From contig OX597819.1 of assembly GCA_951406725.2 (NCBI GenBank), forward strand, positions 15,748,001 to 15,812,000: a DNA stretch of 64,000 bases. The letters are read 5' to 3'. Within the stretch, counting starts at the first letter, position 1. The number at the start of each line of letters is the position of its first letter. The notes beneath the pieces were generated by a model that worked only from the letters and a program-made list of their open reading frames with translations, searched no databases and was not told the DNA's origin. Origin of the DNA: Octopus vulgaris. Lineage: Eukaryota. A program made the translations under genes and the position numbers. Shown here piece after piece: positions 27,704-40,231 of this stretch.

Positions 27704-28634
27704 GGTGGCACGTAAAAAGCACCCACTACACTCACGGAGTGGTTGGCGTTAGGAAGGGCATCCAGCTGTAGAAACATTGCCAGATAAGACTGGAGCCTGG
27801 TGCAGCCTTCTGGCTTCCCAGATCCCTGGTCAAACCGTCCAACCCATGCTAGCATGGAGAATGGACGTTAAACGATGATGATGATGATGAGATATATATA
27901 TATATATATATATAGGGAGAGAGAGAGAGAGAGAGAGGAGCTAAACTTCTGGAATATTCTGTTATAATTGTCATAGTTCCGTTAATGTTTTGTTATTGTA
28001 ATTTCATAATTAACCTTTTTTTTTTCTAGTGATAAAGTAGAATTGATAATCTTTGTGTCATATTTCAGAAGTCAATATTTGAATGAAAATTTGCAGTTAC
28101 TCACAGCCTTAATTGTAATTAAGTTAATAACATATTAAGACAGGTATCTAGGTAGGTAGTGTATAAGGTAGATAGCTAGTGAGTGTGACAGAAAAATGGT
28201 TAAGTAGTGTGTGAGTGAAAGAGTGACTAGGTAGGAGAGAGACGAACTGAGGGAGTTCAACTTACTACTTGACCTTATATCCACTCATTTACCTTTTCTC
28301 CTTCTCTATTACATAATTACTTTTTCTCTTAATTACTCTTATTTCTACCAGTCAGCTCAATTCCATCTATATCACTATGTAAACCAATCCCCATCCCTCC
28401 CTCCCTCCCTCTCCCTCTCTCTCTGATGTGGTATGTTTGTTAATTTATTCTAACTAAATTTTTTTAAAAAATCGAGTAAATTTTGGTAGGTACTAGGTTA
28501 GTATTGAAATACCATTGCTCTGTTTGAGATATAAAGTACACCTTTTTTTAAAAAAAAAAAAAAAATAAGAGAAAAGAAACTTCAATTCAACTTCTCACTG
28601 AAAAAAAACCCAAGTGGTTACTGCATAAAAAAGT

Positions 28635-28667
28635 GACTAGTTTCAAGGCTTCTTAGACCTTCATCAG
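28635..28667 (-). ncRNA. Isolated minimal hammerhead core (Penelope-type, degenerate)
   Basis: Minus strand reads CUGAUGA-aggucuaagaagccuu-GAAAC-UA-GUC, with palindromic ACUAGU stem III. Stem I does not pair. Confidence 0.45.
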
Positions 28668-29173
28668 AGAAAAATGTCCAAAGAAAGATTGTCTTATTTA
28701 TAGTGTATTCAAGCTTTGTACTGTATGTAATTGTGCTGTAGCCATTCTACATAGTTTCCCTAGTGAGCTTCAAATCATGTTTATTGACAATTACTTACTA
28801 TGTTGCATTTCAGATAATGGTAAAGAAAATAAAAAAAAAATATAAAAAATAACAACTACTGTGTCGTGTTGTGTGAATTAACTTCTTTGTTATATCTAAC
28901 CACCAGCCACACCTATTTAGAATTACTTGAAACTTATTGCATTTAAACATGCAGAAACTGATTTTATTTGTTGTTGTTCTTCTTGTCACTGTTGCTGTTG
29001 GATGTCTTTGATTTGTTCATTTTTTTAGTTTTCAGGGTTTTCCCTTCAATTGAGTGCTGACCTTTTTTTTTTATGTGGGTTTCTTTCTTGACTCTTTCTG
29101 GCTTATAGTAGCCAAAAATAATTCTATTGTGTATGAATGTATGTGTCTTCTATTTTTTAATCATTATAAATCT

Positions 29174-29609
29174 TCCACTGAGGCGGGAGCCAGTTTCCAA
29201 CAAAGATACAAGGCTCCATCTTTGAGATATAATTAATACAGACAAATTCTCATTTGGAACTTGAGGAAAGTCTTGCATATCTTTACTGTTCCACTCACAG
29301 ATTGCACTTCTAATGTACAAATTAGCCGGTCGATTTCTCTTTCTGAAAATCCCAGTTTACCCACATTCTCCTTTAAGCATTTACTAACAAAACCTAATGC
29401 TCCAATTGTTATTGGTATGAATATGAATTCATAGTCTGGATATAGAAGTTGAAGGTTTCGAAGCAGTTATCCATAGATATATTCCATTTCATTGATTTTC
29501 AAAGAGATATTTATATCTGCAGGGCAGCTAACCTCTATGATGGTACATACCTTTGCCCCTCTGTCCCAACCAACAATATCTGGCCTGTTATGCTTACATT
29601 TGACAGAAG
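29174..29609 (-). mobile_element. 5'-truncated RLE-endonuclease (R4/NeSL-like) non-LTR retrotransposon, copy 1
   Basis: SVKCKHNRPDIVGWDRGAKVCTIIEVSCPADINISLKI gives a PD-(D/E)xK RLE motif; ORF ends ...SGTVKICKTFLKFQM* followed by a short 3'UTR. Homologous to 34071-34668. Confidence 0.85.
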
Positions 29610-29891
29610 ATGTATGTATGCATGCATCCATGAATGAGATTGTTATCATTTATTGGAAACATCTGTTTTCAATGCTGGCATGGGTTGGATGGCTTGAAAG
29701 AAGTTAGCAACCAGAGGACTGTACCAACCTCCTGTCTGTTTTGGCATGGCTTTTATGGCTGGATGCCTTTCCTAATGCTAACCACTTTACAGATTGGACT
29801 GGGTGCTTTTCACATGGCACCAGCACTAGTGAAGTCTATTTTGCTATGGTTTTTATCATTGGATGCCCTTCTCAAATCTTATTTCTCTCCT

Positions 29892-29931
<40 letters not shown>

Positions 29932-29932
<1 letters not shown>

Positions 29933-30047
29933 TTTATTTAAAGCAGCAGAAAATTCAACAAAACCTGTTACTCTGAGTTTCCTGTTGTCGGCAACGGGAA
30001 ACTCAGAGTAACAGGTTTTGTTGAATTTTCTGCTGCTTTAAATAAAG
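29932..30047. repeat. Near-perfect 56-bp-arm palindrome
   Basis: Arms 29932-29987 and 29992-30047 with loop TCGG and one T/G mismatch. Confidence 0.95.
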
Positions 30048-30704
30048 CATATTACTCTACCACTGGTATTTGAGTACTCTTTTTTCCACCTTATAGGTAG
30101 GTAGATAGATAGGTAGATAGATAAATGTTGTAGCATCCACTTTCCCATGATTGCATAGATAGGATAGAATTTGTCGAGGCAAATTTTCTATGGCTGGTCA
30201 ATAACCCTTCATATAAATAAAATGTCTCTGTGTAGTCTTTTGAATAACTGGACTGCACATGTAGCTTGCCAGGAGCTATTATTCGTATTCTCTGTTGGTT
30301 ATTACAACAACAACAACAACAATTATAATAATTGTTTCTAAATTAGGCACAAGGCCAGGAATTTTGAAGGGTTTATTCAATTAAATTGACCCTGGTACAC
30401 ACACACACAAACACACACCTAATTTCTGCTGCCCCATTGTGGAACTTGTGCCCTCAAGACTTTTTGGGGCCATCACAGGTGATTTACCATATTGCCTCCC
30501 ACTGCTTTCCAATGTTTTACTGCTGGAGTAATTGAGCTTAAATCTATTTATAATGAGGCGGGCTTGAACCGTTTTGAGAATTAGCTGTCACAACAAGCCC
30601 CGACACAGTGCTGTGACATGGACAGAACATGAACTGGTGACCGTTTGTTGGTTCATTGCTATTCTGTCTATTAAGTCAGCTATAGTCTTGACCTACTAAA
30701 TACC

Positions 30705-30937
30705 TATTTTTTTATTACCCACAAGGGGCTAAACATAGAGGGGACAAACAAGGACAGACATAGGTATTAAGTCGATTACATCGACTCCAGTGCGGAACTG
30801 GTACTTAATTTATCGACCCCGAAAGGATGAAAGGCAAAGTCAACCTCGGCGGAATTTGAACTCACAACGTAACGACAGACGAAATATCGCTAAGCATTTC
30901 ATCCGGCGTGCTAACGTTTCTGCCAGCTCGCCGCCTT
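30705..30937 (-). mobile_element. SINE family B with perfect 17-bp TSD
   Basis: ttgacctactaaatacc at 30688-30704 and 30938-30954. Confidence 0.9.
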
Positions 30938-31367
30938 TTGACCTACTAAATACCACTCACAAGACTTGGGTTGAGCAGAAAATATCATGGAAGAGAATTG
31001 GCCAAAGTGTTGCACATTTGAATCAGACCTAGAATCACATAGATTGAAAGAGAGATGGTGTTGTTAGGCCGGTGTTGTATTGTTCTGTGGTGTGGTGTGT
31101 TGTGGCTGTGTCGGCCATCAAATTAAGAAAAAGTGTTGTTAAGACAGTGTTGCAGTTGTGTTCTGTGTCGTTGTAGATATCTCTGGACTGAGTAGGAGGT
31201 ACACTGTCGTTCAGGATGTTTCACTATAGTCTCCTGAGATGTTGTAGATGTATCTGGCTTGAGTGTGAGAAACATGGTTGTTAATATAATGGATGTTGTG
31301 TTACACACACATGCACACTTTCTTAACCCTCTCTCTTTCTTCCTGTCTCTCACTCAATCTAGTTTAC

Positions 31368-31414
<47 letters not shown>

Positions 31415-31574
31415 TCTATCCACCCCTCTGTCTTATCCGTCTGTACATTCTCTCCCACCCTCGCATCTCTATGCCAGCCCCTCCCCCTCCCGGCCAACAC
31501 TAGATGCTGCTGTAATAAAAGGATTAACCTCTTTCTCATGTTGTTGTTGTTCACCTTCAAGGTCTTCTGTATGC

Positions 31575-31606
<32 letters not shown>

Positions 31607-32454
31607 AAATTTATGTATGGATGTCATATTTATGGACATGTGTATGTGTATACGCTCACATGTGTGTTTGTATAAATGCATATGTATTGAGTGTATGTAT
31701 ATGTGTTTGTGTGTGTATGTGTATAGTAGTAAAAAATATATTCTGTGTGATGCAACTTTATCTAATATAGAACTCAATATGTTGGGTAGAGTGGACAGAT
31801 TTACCTATTATATCACAAGTTGACAGTCTACTCTGAGTTTAGCCCTTGGCTGTTCCTGACTACCATGAGTCATCAACTGAATTAAATACTTTATTTCTTT
31901 TATCAATTTAATGGCAGAAAATACGAACAATGGTGGATAAATAACGAGGCTGCAGCCATTGAAAAATATTGCCTGCACTTATCCATGCATTTAAAAAAAA
32001 AATTTTTTTACATGTATATTTGTTGGTATTATATGCAGTGCTCAAGAAAACCCATTTATCGTGGTGGAAATGAAACACTAAAAGCATTAATGCCACACAC
32101 CTGGGCCCCTCACCAAATTTGTCCTTCTCCAGCCCCATTATCTCTCTATCACTCGCCCAGCCATTGCTCTCCTAACTATTGTTGTAATCAAATGAGAGCA
32201 GAATTATATATTTCATCATTATTTCCTGTGCTTCCAGATCTCTCTCTCTGGTATCACTTCATTTGACAGCCATCCTTCAGTCTTAATATTGTCCCTCTCC
32301 ATTCACATTTTCCATTGATCACCCTTCTCTGTGTTCCCAGTTACCCCTCCCTTTCCTGTGAACCACTTCCTGTTAACTCACACTTATGTACCTCTCACCT
32401 ATCACTGTACAACACTCATTCCTGCCACTCATTCTTGCACCTTTCTTACCTACT

Positions 32455-32510
32455 ATGAAGGGTGAAAGAAAAGGTGAGATGTACTTCTCACCTTTTCTTT
32501 CACCCTTCAT
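32455..32510. repeat. Perfect 25-bp-stem hairpin
   Basis: atgaagggtgaaagaaaaggtgaga-tgtact-tctcaccttttctttcacccttcat. Confidence 0.92.
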
Positions 32511-34070
32511 CCATGTACATTATTATTATTATTAAGGTGGAGACCTGGCAGAATTGTTAGCATGCTGGTTGAAATGCTTGGCAGTATTTTGACTGTCTTC
32601 GTGTTCTGAGTTCAAATTTCACTGAGGTCAACTTTGCCTTTCATCCTTTCAAGATTGTTAAATTAAGTACCAGTTACGCACTGGGGTCAATGTAATTGAT
32701 TAGTCCCCTCCTGCTTAATATCAGGCCTTGTGCTTTTAGTAGAAAGAATTATTATTTTTATTATTATTATAATAAAGGGTGGTCAGCTTGCAGAATTGTT
32801 AGCATGCTAGGTTAAATGCTTGTCGGCATTTTGTTCGTTTTCATGTTCTGGATTCAAATTCTGCTGAAGTTAACTTCACCCTTCATCCTTTTAGGGGTCA
32901 ATAAAATAAATACCTGTTGAATCAGTTTACTCCCTTCTCCGAAATTACTGGCCTTGTGCCAAAATTTGAAGTCATCATCATCATTATTCCGCTACTCTTC
33001 CTCCTTTGTGTCCTATCCTCTCCCAGTCTCTCTTCCACCTCTTTTACCTCAACCTTTCCTCATTCCTTGCTTGTCACTCATTATATATCATCCCCCACCT
33101 CTAGTCCTTCACTGATCCCCTCTCACTCTCCCCACATGCTCTTGCATCCTCTAAATCTGCTACTTTCCCTTCCTCATACGTCCTCACTCTCTACCTTGAG
33201 GATACACTCTAATACCTTCTCACCACCATCTTTATCTTGCTTTCCTGCTTCACCTCAGTTACTCTCACCCCTTCTAATATAATAATGTAAGGTAGCCCTG
33301 TATCTCCCCCTCTATAGCAAGAACCCTATTCCTGTCCTTTCCTTCATACCTGGCTTAAGACCATCCCTCTTGACACACTCTCACTTGGTCAAGGAAGATC
33401 TTCAACCCTTTTGTATTTAAACTGGTCATATCTGGCCTCTCACGTCATACTAAAAATAAACAATCACATCATTGAAATCTCAAAGCTACAAGACAGTGCA
33501 TAATTAATTCAAAACAATGTGAATAAAAAAGCATTTCATTAGACAAAGTAATCTGAATGCTGAGGAGTTAATCCTGTGACCTCACTGGAGCTGGTACCAT
33601 GGAAAAAAGGGCACCCAGTGCATGCTATAAAGTGTTTGGCATTAGGAAGGGCATCCAGCTGTAAAAGCCATGCCAAAGCAGTCACTGGAGCGTGATGCAT
33701 TCCTTTAGTTTGTAGGATCTTGTCAAAACCATTCTAAAAATGGGTGTGAATAATTAGGGTAAAACAGGTGAGAAAAAGATAGAGAGAAATTGCCAACATG
33801 GAAGACAGGCATTAAATAATAGTCTTAATGATGATATGCCATCATCATCACCATCATTTCATGTTCACTTTTCCATTCTGATATGCATGAGATGGAAATT
33901 ATCGGGGGAAGATTTTCGATAACCTTTCTGTCGCTGACTCTTACTTATCTCCAAGGAAGGTAAGATTTTCCTTACACATGTTTCATGTGGAAGATTGGGA
34001 AAAACAAAACAGCACCACTTGTATAACAGTGACACTCATTTACAAGCATCATATCATAGTAAGACTATGA

Positions 34071-34668
34071 TCCACTGAGGAGGGAGCTGGTTTCCAACAA
34101 AGATACAAGGCTCCATCTTTGGGATGTAGTTAGCACAGACAAATTCACATTTGGAACTTGAGAAAAGTCTTGCATATCTTTACTGTTCCACTCACAGATT
34201 GCACTTGTAAATGTACGAATCAGTCGGTTGATTTCTCTTTCTGAAAATCTCAGTTTATTCAGATTCTCCTTTAAGCATTTACTAACAAAACCTAATGCCT
34301 CAATTATTATTGGTATGAATATGAATTCATAGTCTAGATATAGAAGCCTCTTTTTCTTTGATTTTCAAAGAGTTATTTATATCTGCAGGGCAGCTAACCT
34401 CTATGATGGTACATACTTTTGCCCCTCTGTCCCAAAGAACAATATCTGGCCTGTTATGCTTACATTTGACAGAAGTTTTTATGGGAATATTCCAGCAGTA
34501 TTCCTTGAGTTGGTGTTTATGAATGTATTCCATAATAGAGGGATTTTCTAAGTTTATTTCAGGACAGTCTTTTTAGCGGATGGCATTGTAAATTGTTTTA
34601 GCAACAACATCGTGCTGTATAGGGACGTAGTACCGTGACGACATTTTAGGACTGCTGCTAATCATGTG
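34071..34668 (-). mobile_element. 5'-truncated RLE-endonuclease (R4/NeSL-like) non-LTR retrotransposon, copy 2
   Basis: HMISSSPKMSSRYYVPIQHDVVAK (decayed zinc-knuckle/RHD region), WNIPIKTSVKCKHNRPDIVLWDRGAKVCTIIEVSCP, and an ORF end with 3'UTR shared with copy 1. Confidence 0.87.
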
Positions 34669-35257
34669 TGTATGTATGTATGTATGCACACACACACACA
34701 CACACATACACACAATGATATGGTGCATAGATATATAATGCGTGTTCATTGCACATGAATTGCATGATGTGTGTGTGTGTAAATGTGTACTTCAGCTGTA
34801 AGTGTAGTCCTTGGCAATTATGTACCTGTGCATTGTATGTAGGTCAATATTTAGCTGTGTCACACTAAGAAACAGAAGGGAAGAGCATAGGTGGTGGTGG
34901 TAGTGGTTTTTAAGGGTGTATTGATGAGGTTGGTTGATGTGTAGGTGTGATTAGGTAGTGTTGGTGACTGTAAAATTGGTGGTGGTGGTGGTCAATGGCC
35001 TACTTATTCATGAAATAAGTTTTATTGCTCTGCCCCAGCTCAATACACCCAATTGTGTGTGTGTGTGTGTGTATGGGTGTAAGGGTGTGTCTACGCAGAA
35101 TTCAGTGTATGAAAGCTTGCAGGTAGGTTGGGTTGCATGTGTGTGTGTGTGTGTATGCTTGCTCATTTATATATATATGCTTAGTTTTTGTATTTGGTTT
35201 GCAAGATTCTTTATGTGAATTTGTGTGTTGAAGCGCGTTTTGTTTTGTCGGGGGAAA

Positions 35258-35549
35258 GTCGTTCTGTTTTAATGCTTTATTAATGAAGGCACTCATCAGT
35301 TCGATTTCCACTGATTTACTTAATTATTCGTTTTTTACTAAAATTTTCGTTACTTCTTGCAACCTCTTTGATAGTTGTTGACTGTCCATTACCAGAGCTG
35401 CATTCTAAACAAAAAGAATGCAACTCCAATAACGGACACAGTCAACAACTATTGAAGAGGTTCCAAGAAGCAGCAAAAATTTTAGAAAAGGGAAAATGAG
35501 TGGAAATCGAACTGGTGAGTGTGTTAATAAAGCATTAAAACATAATGAC
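35258..35549. mobile_element. Foldback/MITE-like imperfect palindrome (~140-bp arms)
   Basis: gttttaatgctttattaa...cagttcgatttccact...gttgttgactgt pairs with acagtcaacaac...agtggaaatcgaactg...ttaataaagcattaaaac; centre gcattct-aaacaaaa-agaatgc. Confidence 0.75.
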
Positions 35550-35689
35550 CCTCTGCAGACACCACTCTATGGATGTATGTATGTTTTTATGTATGTATGT
35601 AGTGGTTTGTATACGTGTAACTTCTACAGTTGTTTCTGCATTGAGGTGTGTTTGTGTATAGTGGTTGGCAGATGGGTATTTGTATAGAG

Positions 35690-36005
35690 GTGTGTGTTTC
35701 GTGGCTTTGTGGTTAGGGTACTTCACTCCTGATCATAAGGTCATGAGTTCAATTCCTGGCAATGCATTGTGTCCTTGAGCAAGACACTTTATTTGACATT
35801 GCTCCAGTCCACTCAGCTGACAGAAATGAGTTGCGCCTGTAATTCAAAGGGCCAGCCATTTCACACTCTGTGTCACCTTGAATCTCCCTGGGAACTAAGT
35901 TAAGGGTATGTCTATCTGTGGAGTGCTCAGCCGCTTGCACATAAATTCCACGAGCAGGCTGTGCTGTTGATTGGATGATCTGGAACACTTGTGGTTGTAA
36001 CTGAC
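35690..36005 (+). mobile_element. tRNA-derived SINE family D
   Basis: B-box gagttcaattcc, then gtgtccttgagcaagacacttt...gctccagtccactcagctg. Second copy at 63447-63765. Confidence 0.78.
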
Positions 36006-36209
36006 AGTCTTAGTTTTTAGTATCTATATCTGTATAGTGGGGTGTGGTAGTGTGTAGTGACTTGTGTATTTGTGTAGAAATACATTGTATTATGTGTGTT
36101 GTGGCTTACAGATGTTTGTGTGGTGTGGAATATAGAGGGGTACTTGTTGTAGGGGTACATGTTTAATATTGCTTATGAAGCTGTGTGTGTGTGTATGTAG
36201 CCTATTGAG

Positions 36210-36348
36210 GTACATTATTTACATTTGATGGATAGTTGTCCTCATCTTGTTTATTAACACAATGTTTCGGCTGATATACCCTCCAGCCTTCATCAGGTGT
36301 CTTGGGGTAATTTCGAACCTGGGTTCTCATTCCTAAGGTATTTTTCGA

Positions 36349-36389
<41 letters not shown>

Positions 36390-36462
36390 TCACTGCCTGG
36401 AATTGAACTCGGAATCTTGGGATTAGTAGCCCACACTCTTAACTATTATGCCATATGCCCGT
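36210..36462 (-). mobile_element. Family H element: tRNA-like head + (AAT)n + hammerhead motif (36256-36301)
   Basis: Minus strand reads gggcatatggcatagtagtt-type head, B-box gagttcaattcc, (AAT)n, then gacac-CUGAUGA-a-GGCUG-loop-CAGCC-GAAAC-AUU-guguu. Confidence 0.85.
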
Positions 36463-36676
36463 GTTTTCATAAAGGTGTATGTGTAGTGGCTCATAGGTGT
36501 ATGTGTAGAGAGGTATTTGGTTTTGGAAACATTCTCAGTGCTTTGTGACCAAACCACATGAAATATTTTGATTTAACCCTGTGACACTGTGGCAACTCTT
36601 GTCCGTCATCACCACTGGTCATCATCATTGTTTTGATTGCTACTGCTTCTACAGTTTTGCAAGAGAGAGAGAGAGA

Positions 36677-36720
<44 letters not shown>

Positions 36721-37162
36721 CCTATTAAAAATTATGGCCATATCTTCCTCAACTACCATTCTACCATTTTTATAGAGAAAGGATACATTAGATTATCTAG
36801 TCTTGATGCTCCTCCCCTACACACACTAGCTTGTGAAATAGGCAAGACAGTCATGGCTGGAATGGTTTTAATCATAGTTTGTCTGCTCATCGAAGTTGAA
36901 TAAACCTGTGGTTAAACAACAGCAGCAACAACAACCCCACTGACATTTATCTCCTCTTCTCATCTCACTCTGGTGGTGGTGGTGGTGATGATGATGATGG
37001 CTATGGTGGTGATGGTGTCTGCTCTACTCTAGAAGTTGTTTAACAAATACCAAGCATCCAGAATATTAAGGAAATTACCTCCTCTTTTATTTATAAGAAG
37101 ACAAAAATAGCGTTCCCCATCGATGTGGTTCTTTCTTTGCCATGATTATAAAAGTTGTCTAA

Positions 37163-37828
37163 TTTAACCCCATGTCCTGTTCCTTGGGTGCCTTTTGAGA
37201 GGTCGTACTCTGCTGCAAGCATTTTGAGAAGTGGCCCTGGTATGAAGATACTTTCCTACGCTTTCTTCCTCCCTTTAACCCCATGTCCTGTTCCTTGGGT
37301 GCCTTTTGAGAGGTCGTACTCTGCTGCAAGCATTTTGAGAAATGGCCCTGGTATGAAGATACTTTCCTGCGCTTTCTTCCTCCCTTTAACCCCATGTCCT
37401 GTTCCTTGGGTGCCTTTTGAGAGGTCGTGCTCTGCTGCAAGCATTTTGAGAAATGGCCCTGGTATGAAGATACTTTCCTACGCTTTCTTCCTCCCTTTAA
37501 CCCCATGTCCTGTTCCTTGGGTGCCTTTTGAGAGGTCGTGCTCTGCTGCAAGCATTTTGAGAAATGGCCCTGTTATGAAGATACTTTCCTACGCTTTCTT
37601 CCTCCCTTTAACCCCATGTCCTGTTCCTTGGGTGCCTTTTGAGAGGTCGTGCTCTGCTGCAAGCATTTTGAGAAATGGCCCTGGTATGAAGATACTTTCC
37701 TACGCTTTCTTCCTCCCTTTAACCCCATGTCCTGTTCCTTGGGTGCCTTTTGAGAGGTCGTGCTCTGCTGGAAGCATTTTGAGAAATGGCCCTGATATGA
37801 AGATACTTTCCTACGCATTCTTCCTCCC
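37163..37828. repeat. Tandem array, 111-bp unit x6
   Basis: Units start at 37163, 37274, 37385, 37496, 37607 and 37718 with only a few substitutions between them. Confidence 0.97.
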
Positions 37829-38059
37829 TCTCACTAGTTTCAGGAACCCTGAAAACGATTCCAAGCTTTCCCTTTCTTCCTTGATCTAAGTTATCGAGAA
37901 AAACAGAAGGAAAAATAGTTACTTCAGTTGAAATTGAACCTAGGAGCTGACTGTCCAGAGACCTCTGTTCACATGCCTTATGTGCTTATACTGTCTCTCT
38001 GAGTTGTTTGGGGTGTGTTAATGGTGGCGGTGCTTCAGTGAGAATGGGATGGCTTAGAT

Positions 38060-38266
38060 CAGTGGTTCATTTTTTTTTTTTTTTGCCTGTGGCCCCTTTT
38101 GATCCCCGTTTTACTCAGATGGATCCCTATAGTCATTTGGTGTTTAAAATATTCTGTTCTATTTTTATCGTTAGACATTATTAGGAATTGGATGAAGAAA
38201 GTATTTTGTGTAATGTACAAGTGTAGAACCCCAAAGGGCCATATGGACCCCGGTTGAGAAACACTA
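38060..38266. mobile_element. hAT-like MITE (degenerate)
   Basis: Termini cagtggttc... / ...gttgagaaacacta; 8-bp flanks gcttagat / atttaggt share a central TA. Confidence 0.5.
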
Positions 38267-39222
38267 ATTTAGGTTGAGATGTTTTGGTTTATTGAGCTGT
38301 TGCTTGAAGGACGAGGAGGAGGAGGAGGCGGAGGAGGCGGAGAGAGAGAGAGTAACACGTTTGAAATGAGTTAGTTAAAATGAGTTACTTCCCTTGCCTC
38401 ACATTGTCAAAGCAGTAAAAATCAGATTTTCGAAACGTGTAACCTTCAGTTTTTCAGTCGGTAATTACAAGCATTTCCATAGCTTTGGAGTCTCTGCTGT
38501 GATCCATGTTCCTTTAATAAAATTCAGTTAGTTGGTTATCGTTATCTTTTACTTGTTTCAGCCATTAGATTGTGGCCATGCTGGTGCAACACCTTGAAGT
38601 GTTTTAGTTGAAAGAATCAACACAAATGCTTGTTTTTTTTTTTTTTAAAGGTCTGGTATTTATCCTTAACCCTGTTCTTGTAAGATCAACGAAACGATTA
38701 ATGGTTGTCACATAAGATTGAGACAGATGCCTCCATAAATGATAACCAACATAATTATTATTAACGTCTTTTGATTATAAGTGAAGCAGGACCCTGTATC
38801 TTCTCTGTCCAATATCAGTTTATTGTTGTTCTTTAACCCCAGATCAACTCTGATCAAATAAACTTATTGCATTTCCACTCTTACAGCATAGTGCATCTAG
38901 GACTACACTGTTCAATGTGTCCATTTGTTGTTTTACGATTGTAGAATGTGATTTGTTTGCGATGGGTGCAAGCATGGCTGTGTGCTTAAGAAGCTTGCTT
39001 TGCCACCACATGGTTTTAGGTTCAGTCCCACCGCATGGCACCTTGGGCAAGTGTCTCTGCCTCTATAGCCCAGGCTGATCAATGCCTTGTGAGTGGATTT
39101 GGTAGATGCAAATTGTGTGAAATCCCATCATGTGTGTGTGTGTGTGTGTATCATCATCATCATCGTTTAACGTCCACTTTCCGTGCCATGTCTTAGTGTC
39201 TGTGTTAGTTGCTCACCACCAG

Positions 39223-39255
<33 letters not shown>

Positions 39256-39559
39256 ATGACAGCTGGTGTTGGTTTGTTTATGCTTAATGGTTCAGCAGAA
39301 AGAGACTGACAGAATAAATACCAAACTTAAAAAAAAAAGTACTGGGGGTTGATTTGTTTGACTTAAAACCCTTCAAGGCAGTGCCCCAGCATGGCCAGAA
39401 TCCAATGATTGAAACAAGTTAAAAATAAAAAAATATAAGATGTTATATCTAACAGATTGAGTTGCAAGATGGTGGCTGACTGTGTTGGTTCAGAAATGTG
39501 GAGAGTTTTAAGGGTTATCTTTAGTTCTGATCTTTGTGCTATAACACAATGTTTATATC

Positions 39560-39730
39560 CTTTTTTACTCTAGGCACAAGGCCTGAAATTTTTTGGGATG
39601 GGGCAAGTCGATTAGATCGACTCCAGTATGCAATTGGTACTTAATTTGTCGACCTCAGCGTAATTTGAACTCAGAACGTAGTGGCAGCATTTCGCCCGGT
39701 GTGCTAACGTTTCTGCCAGCTTGCCCACCT
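39560..39730 (-). mobile_element. SINE family B variant with alternative 3' tail and diverged 18-bp TSD
   Basis: Flanked by taacacaatgtttatatc (39542-59) and taatacaatatttatatc (39731-48). Confidence 0.75.
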
Positions 39731-39934
39731 TAATACAATATTTATATCAATAAATCAAAAGTCTTGTCCCTTTACTCATCTCTGTTGCTTCAATTCTCAT
39801 CTTCATTTTTTTTGTCATTCTCCTTTGAACAAAGAAAACTCTACAAGAGGTTCTCAACTGTAAATACGATTATTTGTTTTAATCTCTTTTAAACAGTAAA
39901 TTTTTATGCATTGAAATTTTAAAGAATAATTTAA

Positions 39935-40231
<297 letters not shown>

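Noticed and set aside
37155-37889. 244-aa repeat protein or CRISPR-like array
   Set aside because: Units are contiguous with no spacers. The ORF follows from a stop-free unit whose length is a multiple of 3, and it starts at TTG.
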